Assembly: GCA_951406725.2 (NCBI GenBank)
Contig: OX597826.1
Span: 54,250,001 to 54,314,000, forward strand
Source: Octopus vulgaris
Lineage: Eukaryota
Direction: 5' to 3'
DNA length: 64,000 nt
Each line of letters opens with the position of its first letter. Position 1 is the stretch's first letter. Below the pieces are notes generated by a model, which searched no databases, was not told the DNA's origin, and saw only the letters and a program-made list of their open reading frames with translations. The translations under genes and the position numbers were made by a program. Positions 1-12,646 of this stretch are shown piece by piece.

Positions 1-3000
1 TCAACTCCCGATCGATGTCCGCAGCAAGTTCTTAAAAATTTATCTTACTATTTCTATTCGTTGTTACTACGTTTATTCATACATTGTTACGAAAATTTAA
101 CCTTTTAAGGCTACTTTCAAGCCTTCGCCATAACTTGATTTATCTTTCTATCTCTCTCTCTACAAAATTTAACCTTAGGCTAGGCTACCTCAAGCCGTAA
201 TCCCATCTCTTCCCATCTTTCAGCCATTGGCGGTCTTTTTTCCTCCTCTTACCATTACGATTCTACAATTTAAATTCCCAATTCAACTTACTTACTTCTT
301 CAATTTCAACTCCCGATCGATGTCCGCAGCAAGTTCTTAAAAATGTATCTTACTATTTCTATTCGTTGTTACTACGTTTATTCATACATTGTTACGAAAA
401 TTTAACCTTTTAAGGCTACTTTCAAGCCTTCGCCATAACTTGATTTATCTTTCTATCTCTCTCTCTACAAAATTTAACCTTAGGCTAGGCTACCTCAAGC
501 CGTAATCCCATCTCTTCCCATCTTTCAGCCATTGGCGGTCTTTTTTCCTCCTCTTACCATTACGATTCTACAATTTAAATTCCCAATTCAACTTACTTAC
601 TTCTTCAATTTCAACTCCCGATCGATGTCCGCAGCAAGTTCTTAAAAATTTATCTTACTATTTCTATTCGTTGTTACTACGTTTATTCATACATTGTTAC
701 GAAAATTTAACCTTTTAAGGCTACTTTCAAGCCTTCGCCATAACTTGATTTATCTTTCTATCTCTCTCTCTACAAAATTTAACCTTAGGCTAGGCTACCT
801 CAAGCCGTAATCCCATCTCTTCCCATCTTTCAGCCATTGGCGGTCTTTTTCCTCCTCTTACCATTACGATTCTACAATTTAAATTCCCAATTCAACTTAC
901 TTACTTCTTCAATTTCAACTCCCGATCGATGTCCGCAGCAAGTTCTTAAAAATTTATCTTACTATTTCTATTCGTTGTTACTACGTTTATTCATACATTG
1001 TTACGAAAATTTAACCTTTTAAGGCTACTTTCAAGCCTTCGCCATAACTTGATTTATCTTTCTATCTCTCTCTCTACAAAATTTAACCTTAGGCTAGGCT
1101 ACCTCAAGCCGTAATCCCATCTCTTCCCATCTTTCAGCCATTGGCGGTCTTTTTTCCTCCTCTTACCATTACGATTCTACAATTTAAATTCCCAATTCAA
1201 CTTACTTACTTCTTCAATTTCAACTCCCGATCGATGTCCGCAGCAAGTTCTTAAAAATTTATCTTACTATTTCTATTCGTTGTTACTACGTTTATTCATA
1301 CATTGTTACGAAAATTTAACCTTTTAAGGCTACTTTCAAGCCTTCGCCATAACTTGATTTATCTTTCTATCTCTCTCTCTACAAAATTTAACCTTAGGCT
1401 AGGCTACCTCAAGCCGTAATCCCATCTCTTCCCATCTTTCAGCCATTGGCGGTCTTTTTTCCTCCTCTTACCATTACGATTCTACAATTTAAATTCCCAA
1501 TTCAACTTACTTACTTCTTCAATTTCAACTCCCGATCGATGTCCGCAGCAAGTTCTTAAAAATTTATCTTACTATTTCTATTCGTTGTTACTACGTTTAT
1601 TCATACATTGTTACGAAAATTTAACCTTTTAAGGCTACTTTCAAGCCTTCGCCATAACTTGATTTATCTTTCTATCTCTCTCTCTACAAAATTTAACCTT
1701 AGGCTAGGCTACCTCAAGCCGTAATCCCATCTCTTCCCATCTTTCAGCCATTGGCGGTCTTTTTTCCTCCTCTTACCATTACGATTCTACAATTTAAATT
1801 CCCAATTCAACTTACTTACTTCTTCAATTTCAACTCCCGATCGATGTCCGCAGCAAGTTCTTAAAAATTTATCTTACTATTTCTATTCGTTGTTACTACG
1901 TTTATTCATACATTGTTACGAAAATTTAACCTTTTAAGGCTACTTTCAAGCCTTCGCCATAACTTGATTTATCTTTCTATCTCTCTCTCTCTACAAAATT
2001 TAACCTTAGGCTAGGCTACCTCAAGCCGTAATCCCATCTCTTCCCATCTTTCAGCCATTGGCGGTCTTTTTTTCCTCCTCTTACCATTACGATTCTACAA
2101 TTTAAATTCCCAATTCAACTTACTTACTTCTTCAATTTCAACTCCCGATCGATGTCCGCAGCAAGTTCTTAAAAATTTATCTTACTATTTCTATTCGTTG
2201 TTACTACGTTTATTCATACATTGTTACGAAAATTTAACCTTTTAAGGCTACTTTCAAGCCTTCGCCATAACTTGATTTATCTTTCTATCTCTCTCTCTAC
2301 AAAATTTAACCTTAGGCTAGGCTACCTCAAGCCGTAATCCCATCTCTTCCCATCTTTCAGCCATTGGCGGTCTTTTTTCCTCCTCTTACCATTACGATTC
2401 TACAATTTAAATTCCCAATTCAACTTACTTACTTCTTCAATTTCAACTCCCGATCGATGTCCGCAGCAAGTTCTTAAAAATTTATCTTACTATTTCTATT
2501 CGTTGTTACTACGTTTATTCATACATTGTTACGAAAATTTAACCTTTTAAGGCTACTTTCAAGCCTTCGCCATAACTTGATTTATCTTTCTATCTCTCTC
2601 TCTACAAAATTTAACCTTAGGCTAGGCTACCTCAAGCCGTAATCCCATCTCTTCCCATCTTTCAGCCATTGGCGGTCTTTTTTCCTCCTCTTACCATTAC
2701 GATTCTACAATTTAAATTCCCAATTCAACTTACTTACTTCTTCAATTTCAACTCCCGATCGATGTCCGCAGCAAGTTCTTAAAAATTTATCTTACTATTT
2801 CTATTCGTTGTTACTACGTTTATTCATACATTGTTACGAAAATTTAACCTTTTAAGGCTACTTTCAAGCCTTCGCCATAACTTGATTTATCTTTCTATCT
2901 CTCTCTCTACAAAATTTAACCTTAGGCTAGGCTACCTCAAGCCGTAATCCCATCTCTTCCCATCTTTCAGCCATTGGCGGTCTTTTTTTCCTCCTCTTAC

Positions 3001-6000
3001 CATTACGATTCTACAATTTAAATTCCCAATTCAACTTACTTACTTCTTCAATTTCAACTCCCGATCGATGTCCGCAGCAAGTTCTTAAAAATTTATCTTA
3101 CTATTTCTATTCGTTGTTACTACGTTTATTCATACATTGTTACGAAAATTTAACCTTTTAAGGCTACTTTCAAGCCTTCGCCATAACTTGATTTATCTTT
3201 CTATCTCTCTCTCTACAAAATTTAACCTTAGGCTAGGCTACCTCAAGCCGTAATCCCATCTCTTCCCATCTTTCAGCCATTGGCGGTCTTTTTTCCTCCT
3301 CTTACCATTACGATTCTACAATTTAAATTCCCAATTCAACTTACTTACTTCTTCAATTTCAACTCCCGATCGATGTCCGCAGCAAGTTCTTAAAAATTTA
3401 TCTTACTATTTCTATTCGTTGTTACTACGTTTATTCATACATTGTTACGAAAATTTAACCTTTTAAGGCTACTTTCAAGCCTTCGCCATAACTTGATTTA
3501 TCTTTCTATCTCTCTCTCTACAAAATTTAACCTTAGGCTAGGCTACCTCAAGCCGTAATCCCATCTCTTCCCATCTTTCAGCCATTGGCGGTCTTTTTTT
3601 CCTCCTCTTACCATTACGATTCTACAATTTAAATTCCCAATTCAACTTACTTACTTCTTCAATTTCAACTCCCGATCGATGTCCGCAGCAAGTTCTTAAA
3701 AATTTATCTTACTATTTCTATTCGTTGTTACTACGTTTATTCATACATTGTTACGAAAATTTAACCTTTTAAGGCTACTTTCAAGCCTTCGCCATAACTT
3801 GATTTATCTTTCTATCTCTCTCTCTACAAAATTTAACCTTAGGCTAGGCTACCTCAAGCCGTAATCCCATCTCTTCCCATCTTTCAGCCATTGGCGGTCT
3901 TTTTTCCTCCTCTTACCATTACGATTCTACAATTTAAATTCCCAATTCAACTTACTTACTTCTTCAATTTCAACTCCCGATCGATGTCCGCAGCAAGTTC
4001 TTAAAAATTTATCTTACTATTTCTATTCGTTGTTACTACGTTTATTCATACATTGTTACGAAAATTTAACCTTTTAAGGCTACTTTCAAGCCTTCGCCAT
4101 AACTTGATTTATCTTTCTATCTCTCTCTCTACAAAATTTAACCTTAGGCTAGGCTACCTCAAGCCGTAATCCCATCTCTTCCCATCTTTCAGCCATTGGC
4201 GGTCTTTTTTCCTCCTCTTACCATTACGATTCTACAATTTAAATTCCCAATTCAACTTACTTACTTCTTCAATTTCAACTCCCGATCGATGTCCGCAGCA
4301 AGTTCTTAAAAATTTATCTTACTATTTCTATTCGTTGTTACTACGTTTATTCATACATTGTTACGAAAATTTAACCTTTTAAGGCTACTTTCAAGCCTTC
4401 GCCATAACTTGATTTATCTTTCTATCTCTCTCTCTACAAAATTTAACCTTAGGCTAGGCTACCTCAAGCCGTAATCCCATCTCTTCCCATCTTTCAGCCA
4501 TTGGCGGTCTTTTTTCCTCCTCTTACCATTACGATTCTACAATTTAAATTCCCAATTCAACTTACTTACTTCTTCAATTTCAACTCCCGATCGATGTCCG
4601 CAGCAAGTTCTTAAAAATTTATCTTACTATTTCTATTCGTTGTTACTACGTTTATTCATACATTGTTACGAAAATTTAACCTTTTAAGGCTACTTTCAAG
4701 CCTTCGCCATAACTTGATTTATCTTTCTATCTCTCTCTCTACAAAATTTAACCTTAGGCTAGCCTACCTCAAGCCGTAATCCCATCTCTTCCCATCTTTC
4801 AGCCATTGGCGGTCTTTTTTCCTCCTCTTACCATTACGATTCTACAATTTAAATTCCCAATTCAACTTACTTACTTCTTCAATTTCAACTCCCGATCGAT
4901 GTCCGCAGCAAGTTCTTAAAAATTTATCTTACTATTTCTATTCGTTGTTACTACGTTTATTCATACATTGTTACGAAAATTTAACCTTTTAAGGCTACTT
5001 TCAAGCCTTCGCCATAACTTGATTTATCTTTCTATCTCTCTCTCTACAAAATTTAACCTTAGGCTAGGCTACCTCAAGCCGTAATCCCATCTCTTCCCAT
5101 CTTTCAGCCATTGGCGGTCTTTTTTCCTCCTCTTACCATTACGATTCTACAATTTAAATTCCCAATACTTACTTCTTCAATTTCAACTCCCGATCGATGT
5201 CCGCAGCAAGTTCTTAAAAATTTATCTTACTATTTCTATTCGTTGTTACTACGTTTATTCATACATTGTTACGAAAATTTAACCTTTTAAGGCTACTTTC
5301 AAGCCTTCGCCATAACTTGATTTATCTTTCTATCTCTCTCTCTACAAAATTTAACCTTAGGCTAGGCTACCTCAAGCCGTAATCCCATCTCTTCCCATCT
5401 TTCAGCCATTGGCGGTCTTTTTTCCTCCTCTTACCATTACGATTCTACAATTTAAATTCCCAATTCAACTTACTTACTTCTTCAATTTCAACTCCCGATC
5501 GATGTCCGCAGCAAGTTCTTAAAAATTTATCTTACTATTTCTATTCGTTGTTACTACGTTTATTCATACATTGTTACGAAAATTTAACCTTTTAAGGCTA
5601 CTTTCAAGCCTTCGCCATAACTTGATTTATCTTTCTATCTCTCTCTCTACAAAATTTAACCTTAGGCTAGGCTACCTCAAGCCGTAATCCCATCTCTTCC
5701 CATCTTTCAGCCATTGGCGGTCTTTTTTCCTCCTCTTACCATTACGATTCTACAATTTAAATTCCCAATTCAACTTACTTACTTCTTCAATTTCAACTCC
5801 CGATCGATGTCCGCAGCAAGTTCTTAAAAATTTATCTTACTATTTCTATTCGTTGTTACTACGTTTATTCATACATTGTTACGAAAATTTAACCTTTTAA
5901 GGCTACTTTCAAGCCTTCGCCATAACTTGATTTATCTTTCTATCTCTCTCTCTACAAAATTTAACCTTAGGCTAGGCTACCTCAAGCCGTAATCCCATCT

Positions 6001-8150
6001 CTTCCCATCTTTCAGCCATTGGCGGTCTTTTTTCCTCCTCTTACCATTACGATTCTACAATTTAAATTCCCAATTCAACTTACTTACTTCTTCAATTTCA
6101 ACTCCCGATCGATGTCCGCAGCAAGTTCTTAAAAATTTATCTTACTATTTCTATTCGTTGTTACTACGTTTATTCATACATTGTTACGAAAATTTAACCT
6201 TTTAAGGCTACTTTCAAGCCTTCGCCATAACTTGATTTATCTTTCTATCTCTCTCTCTACAAAATTTAACCTTAGGCTAGGCTACCTCAAGCCGTAATCC
6301 CATCTCTTCCCATCTTTCAGCCATTGGCGGTCTTTTTTCCTCCTCTTACCATTACGATTCTACAATTTAAATTCCCAATTCAACTTACTTACTTCTTCAA
6401 TTTCAACTCCCGATCGATGTCCGCAGCAAGTTCTTAAAAATTTATCTTACTATTTCTATTCGTTGTTACTACGTTTATTCATACATTGTTACGAAAATTT
6501 AACCTTTTAAGGCTACTTTCAAGCCTTCGCCATAACTTGATTTATCTTTCTATCTCTCTCTCTACAAAATTTAACCTTAGGCTAGGCTACCTCAAGCCGT
6601 AATCCCATCTCTTCCCATCTTTCAGCCATTGGCGGTCTTTTTTCCTCCTCTTACCATTACGATTCTACAATTTAAATTCCCAATTCAACTTACTTACTTC
6701 TTCAATTTCAACTCCCGATCGATGTCCGCAGCAAGTTCTTAAAAATTTATCTTACTATTTCTATTCGTTGTTACTACGTTTATTCATACATTGTTACGAA
6801 AATTTAACCTTTTAAGGCTACTTTCAAGCCTTCGCCATAACTTGATTTATCTTTCTATCTCTCTCTCTACAAAATTTAACCTTAGGCTAGGCTACCTCAA
6901 GCCGTAATCCCATCTCTTCCCATCTTTCAGCCATTGGCGGTCTTTTTTCCTCCTCTTACCATTACGATTCTACAATTTAAATTCCCAATTCAACTTACTT
7001 ACTTCTTCAATTTCAACTCCCGATCGATGTCCGCAGCAAGTTCTTAAAAATTTATCTTACTATTTCTATTCGTTGTTACTACGTTTATTCATACATTGTT
7101 ACGAAAATTTAACCTTTTAAGGCTACTTTCAAGCCTTCGCCATAACTTGATTTATCTTTCTATCTCTCTCTCTACAAAATTTAACCTTAGGCTAGGCTAC
7201 CTCAAGCCGTAATCCCATCTCTTCCCATCTTTCAGCCATTGGCGGTCTTTTTTCCTCCTCTTACCATTACGATTCTACAATTTAAATTCCCAATTCAACT
7301 TACTTACTTCTTCAATTTCAACTCCCGATCGATGTCCGCAGCAAGTTCTTAAAAATTTATCTTACTATTTCTATTCGTTGTTACTACGTTTATTCATACA
7401 TTGTTACGAAAATTTAACCTTTTAAGGCTACTTTCAAGCCTTCGCCATAACTTGATTTATCTTTCTATCTCTCTCTCTACAAAATTTAACCTTAGGCTAG
7501 CCTACCTCAAGCCGTAATCCCATCTCTTCCCATCTTTCAGCCATTGGCGGTCTTTTTTCCTCCTCTTACCATTACGATTCTACAATTTAAATTCCCAATT
7601 CAACTTACTTACTTCTTCAATTTCAACTCCCGATCGATGTCCGCAGCAAGTTCTTAAAAATTTATCTTACTATTTCTATTCGTTGTTACTACGTTTATTC
7701 ATACATTGTTACGAAAATTTAACCTTTTAAGGCTACTTTCAAGCCTTCGCCATAACTTGATTTATCTTTCTATCTCTCTCTCTACAAAATTTAACCTTAG
7801 GCTAGGCTACCTCAAGCCGTAATCCCATCTCTTCCCATCTTTCAGCCATTGGCGGTCTTTTTTCCTCCTCTTACCATTACGATTCTACAATTTAAATTCC
7901 CAATACTTACTTCTTCAATTTCAACTCCCGATCGATGTCCGCAGCAAGTTCTTAAAAATTTATCTTACTATTTCTATTCGTTGTTACTACGTTTATTCAT
8001 ACATTGTTACGAAAATTTAACCTTTTAAGGCTACTTTCAAGCCTTCGCCATAACTTGATTTATCTTTCTATCTCTCTCTCTACAAAATTTAACCTTAGGC
8101 TAGGCTACCTCAAGCCGTAATCCCATCTCTTCCCATCTTTCAGCCATTGG
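1..8150. repeat. Tandem satellite, 305-bp monomer, about 26.7 near-identical copies, truncated by the window start
   Basis: TCAACTCCCGATCGATGTCC recurs at 1, 306, 611, 915 and onward to 7921. Copies differ only by T-run or (CT)n length, rare SNPs and a 7-bp deletion. The array ends abruptly after CAGCCATTGGC at about 8151. Confidence 0.99.
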
Positions 8151-8170
8151 CTGTGCGCCCGCCCCCCCAC

Positions 8171-8294
8171 CCCCACCACCAATACCGATGAACACTGTTC
8201 TCACCCCCACCACCAATACCGGTGAACACTGTTCTCACCGCCAACACCACCAATACCGGTGAACACTGTTCCTCACCCCCCACCACCAATACCA
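8171..8294. repeat. C-rich minisatellite, ~33-35-bp unit, about 3.5 copies
   Basis: CCCCCACCACCAATACCG(A/G)TGAACACTGTTCTCA-like units are repeated directly after the satellite edge. Confidence 0.85.
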
Positions 8295-8530
8295 GTATAC
8301 CCTGTCTTCACCATCTACACCGGATACGCCTTACTCATCTACACCGGGTACGCCCTACTCCCTCCTCCTCCCCCCACTACCCCTTCTCCTCATATGCTTT
8401 CACTGTGAAAAGACAAGCTGCTAGCGCCATAGCTCATCAACTGCCCACCGATCTTACGCTTCCTCCTGACACTGCCTCATTCCGACTATCCCCCCTTTAG
8501 CACCCTCCCGCCTCGTAATATCCTACGTTT

Positions 8531-8886
8531 TTATTTCTTAGGAACCTACACCAACCCTTCCTGCCATCGTTCCTCCTTACCCCAACCTTCCCCACTGGTT
8601 GCTCCCCTATATTACCCACCTCAACTGGACCCCCCTCCCCAACTCAACTCTAGAATATCTGTATTCTTTCCTCTACCTAATAACGTTACTCAGTGACGAT
8701 AACGAATGTCTTTATTTCTTAGGAACCTACACCAACCCTTCCTGCCATCGTTCCTCCTTACCCCAACCTTCCCCACTGGTTGCTCTCCTATATTACCCGC
8801 CTCAACTGGACCTCCCCCTCCCCAACTCAACTCTAGAATATCTGTATTTCTTTCCTCTACCTAATTACGTTACTCAGTGACGATAA
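8531..8886. repeat. 181-bp tandem duplication (2 copies)
   Basis: TTATTTCTTAGGAACCTACACCAACC starts at 8531 and 8712; both copies end in CGTTACTCAGTGACGATAA. Confidence 0.92.
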
Positions 8887-8950
8887 ATGCTGTGACTACA
8901 AAGACCCGGGCTGCTTTCTGCAGCAATTCCACATACCCCCTACTCATTCT

Positions 8951-9000
8951 AAGTACCCCGGATCCCCAAAGTACCCTGGATCCCCAAAGTACCCCGGACC
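8951..9000. repeat. 18-bp minisatellite (AAGTACCCYGGATCCCCA), about 2.7 copies
   Basis: Directly visible tandem units. Confidence 0.85.
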
Positions 9001-9029
9001 TCGTTGCCCCCGTGCCGCTGACACGTTAA

Positions 9030-9272
9030 AATGCTCGAACCGATCGTGACGATGCCGGACCCTCCGGCCCCTGTGCAGGTGGCACGTAAAAAGCACCCAA
9101 TCCACTCACGGAGTGGTTGGCGTTAGGAAGGGCATCCAGCCGTAGAAACTCTGCCAGATTCAGACTGGAGCCTGGTGCGGCCCCTGGCTTCCCAGACCCG
9201 GTCAAACCGTCCAACCCGTGCTAGCGCGGAAAGCGGACGTTAAACGATGATGATGATGATGATGATGATGAT
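9030..9272 (+). mobile_element. 3' part of a SINE/LINE-tail element ending in a (GAT)n tail
   Basis: Contains GGTTGGCGTTAGGAAGGGCATCCAGCCGTAGAAAC, which resembles a conserved invertebrate SINE domain (MetaSINE-like, recalled, not searched). Ends GGACGTTAAAC(GAT)n. Confidence 0.7.
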
Positions 9273-9292
9273 ATATATATATATATATATAT

Positions 9293-9723
9293 ATAACATA
9301 AGGGACTAAAGCCATCTGAATATGGCTAGGGACAGGGCAGGGTGGTCCGTGTGTGGTTTCCGCTTCATCGGGGAATTACCTCCCTTTGCAGGTTAAGGGC
9401 ACCGTGACGGTGTCGAGCCTTTCTGGTGACGTCGATGTTCGCCTGGGGCTAAATGCAACAGTAACACCCCCACCACCCTGCCCTGTCCCTAGCCATATTC
9501 AGATGGCTTTAGTCCCTTATGTTATCGAGCAGTTACTGTCTATATCTCTTTTAGAGAATTATTATTGCTTTCGAACAGATTTTCGAAATCAGCAAATGTA
9601 TTTTGCTTGAAAATCTATATATGAATATCCTGCAGAGTGAGAATTCGTCGAGGAAGCGGAAGCCTACCACACGCCGACGATAGGCAATACACCTTGAAAC
9701 CATGGTCCGTGTGTGGTTTCCGC

Positions 9724-9759
<36 letters not shown>

Positions 9760-9812
9760 CTGTCCCTAGCCATATTCAGATGGCTTTAGTCCCTTATGTA
9801 TACTGTCTATAT
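9293..9812 (+). mobile_element. Retrozyme-like / Penelope-pLTR-like non-coding element: 360-nt unit with a terminal direct repeat and an inverted 5' arm, embedded in (TA)n
   Basis: Direct repeat TGGTCCGTGTGTGGTTTCCGCTTCAT at 9343-9368 and 9703-9728. Perfect 54-bp inverted repeat 9293-9346 / 9472-9525. Extra copy of 9479-9522 at 9756-9799. HHR motif at 9653-9726. Confidence 0.75.
9653..9726 (+). ncRNA. Type I hammerhead ribozyme motif (this copy carries two apparent substitutions)
   Basis: Stem I GAAGCGGAAGCC-TAC-CACACG pairs with CGTGTG-T-GGTTTCCGCTTC. Core CCGACGA (9674-9680; consensus CUGAnGA). Stem II tAGG-CAATACA-CCTt. Then GAAAC-CATG-GTC with palindromic ACCATGGT; predicted cleavage after 9707. 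Confidence 0.8.
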
Positions 9813-11055
9813 ATATTCATATATATATATGTATATGTATATATGTATGTATGAATGTATGTGTGTATATATATATATATGTATATATATGTGTATGTAT
9901 ATACATATGTATATATATGTATATATATATACATATGTATATATATATATATATGTATATACATATGTATATATATATATGTATATACATATATATATAT
10001 ATATATACACACATATATATATATGCATATATATATATGCACATATATATATGCATATATATATATGTATATAGATATGTATATGCTTATATCTGGTGTA
10101 TTATAATATGCATGTTTTATATACACACACATATATACATGTCTATATATGTATATTACACACACACACTCACATATATGTGTGTGTTTATGTATAAGAG
10201 TAGTTGTGTCCATATGAATATATTCTCATATTGTGTGTATACGAAGATTTTTGTCACCAGAGAAAAAAATAAAATTATAAAAAAATAAAAGAAAGGAGGA
10301 GATAAAGAGGAGGAAGAACAAAAGAAATGAAGTGGAATGAGATAAAAAAAAAATTATTAAATATAAACAAAATGATAAAAAAAACAAAAACCTTCCAGAA
10401 GTCCTTGGTGTTGGGTATAAAGAAATAAAAGTTTTTGGGAAAATTGGTTTGTGATACAAACTCATGTAAACCGTGGTATACATATACACATACATGTATA
10501 TATACATACACATACAGAAAATCCAAAACACACACATACACAGACAAAGACCAACTTACACATATGCATGCACATCTATGCATAGATACACACACGAACA
10601 GATATGTTCAAAGACGTGTTGCATAAAATCAGACGGTGTTCCAAAATTGAGGCAGTATTTTAAACGTTTTTATATTGAAAAACCTGAATAACAAATGAGA
10701 TACATTATCTCTCTCTCTCTCTTACTCTTCATCTCGCGCTGCTCACTCTCTCTTTCTCACTCTTGCTCTCTTACTCTCTCTAGCATGCTCTCTCTTTGCT
10801 ATGTCCTCTTGTTCACTTTTCTATCTGTGTGTGTGTGTGTATGGGTGCATATATATATATATATATATATTGTATGTGTCATTTTGTGTATGCCTAAATT
10901 AGTGTATATTTGTTAGTGCATTTTAACATCATATATATATATTTGTGTGTGTGTGTGTGTATATATATATGTGTATATATCTACACATATATACATGTAT
11001 ATATACATATATATGTAATTACATAAAAATACATACATACATGTATACATACATG

Positions 11056-11115
<60 letters not shown>

Positions 11116-11302
11116 TATATATATGTAAGTATATCTATGCATGTGCATGTATGTATGTATGTATGTATGTATGTATATATATACTCAGGCACATGCACAA
11201 ACAATATATACGTTGCCTTGTGTATGTGTATAAGTAATTTTTATTACATATTTATGTGTTTGTGTGTGCTTGTATGTAAGTATATGTCTGTCTTTCTGTA
11301 TA

Positions 11303-11342
<40 letters not shown>

Positions 11343-11863
11343 CATACATACATACATATATATATATATGTATGTATATATATGTATATACATATATACA
11401 CACACACATACACATCTGCAACTAATAGTGTGTGGGTGTGTTAAAACATTTTACTTAAATTTTCAAGAAAATGCTAGCGGTAAAAAAAAATTAAAAATTG
11501 AATGAAGAATATTCATTAAAGCAATTTAAGTGGGTACTTCATCTAAAGTCTTTTGTTTTGAAAAATTTTTCCAATCATATCCAGTCTCTTCTCTTTCTTT
11601 CTTCCTTCCTTTTGTAATTTGTTGTTGTTATTTTATGACATTATTCTATGTAAATTCTGCGTATGTCTACAGATTATATAAATAATAAATTGACAAATTA
11701 TAACAAGTTTTCCAAAGGACAATGGTTCTAGTCCCACCATCAACAATGTGTTGTGTGCTGGTAATGGGCTGTCTCCATGGTCAAGATTGGAAATGTTGAC
11801 TACTTCCTTCCACATAGCCTATAGTAGCATAGCTGACTGCTACATATATTTTGTAATTCATGT

Positions 11864-11914
<51 letters not shown>

Positions 11915-12646
11915 ATATAAATGATATATAAATATATGCACATACCTACATATATATGTATATATACATTCATATATGGGTACAGGGCATCAAAAAATGT
12001 AGACACAATGAGAAAACAAAAACATAAAATCAAAAACATAAAAAATGAACCGTTTTTTGAACAACGAAATAGAAAAACAAGCAGAGAAACGAGACATGGA
12101 ACACCCATCCTTTGGACAGTGTAATTTATTATAATGGTGCACTCCTGTGGATGGTTTAAGTTGAATTGGCTTGCAGTTAGAAGTCGTTTCAAGTTGATAA
12201 ACCCAAAATATATAATTACCATTTTCGTTAGCAAGTTTATGATATGGTATTAAGCAACTTAGGTAATGAATAAAGTTTTTGAACACAAATTTGGCAGGTA
12301 GTAATAAATGAAAGGTGATGACATGAGATCGCAACTGCAGTAGGCATTAGGGATCCTATATCATACCTGAAGCATCTTGTATCATGTACTTATATATCTT
12401 GTAATGTCTGACTCAAACGTATTGAAGGTTTTTTTCAATGAAAGTCATGTATGATAAAGAAAAGCAAGCATTTATAGTAAAGACACATATAGAATAATGG
12501 TACGTACAAAAATAGGTGTCAGAGGATGCTTATAAACAAACAATGTGCATGAAGTAAGAAGAGTCGTTGAAGGTAATTTACTGTCAACAGCAATCAGGGA
12601 AATGAAGCAAAAAATATCAATGAAAAACTTGCAGGAATTCTGATTG

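Noticed and set aside
837-1022. 61-aa ORF in the satellite
   Set aside because: It arises from a 1-nt T-run deletion in a single monomer.
1-8150. Satellite as a CRISPR array, 5S/SL/snRNA cluster or ribozyme repeat
   Set aside because: No unique spacers and no recognisable RNA gene or HHR core on either strand.
11821-11845. GTAGCA/TGCTAC hairpin as the Helitron 3' end
   Set aside because: Short stem, no clear CTRR spacing, and separated from the helicase relic by other repeats.
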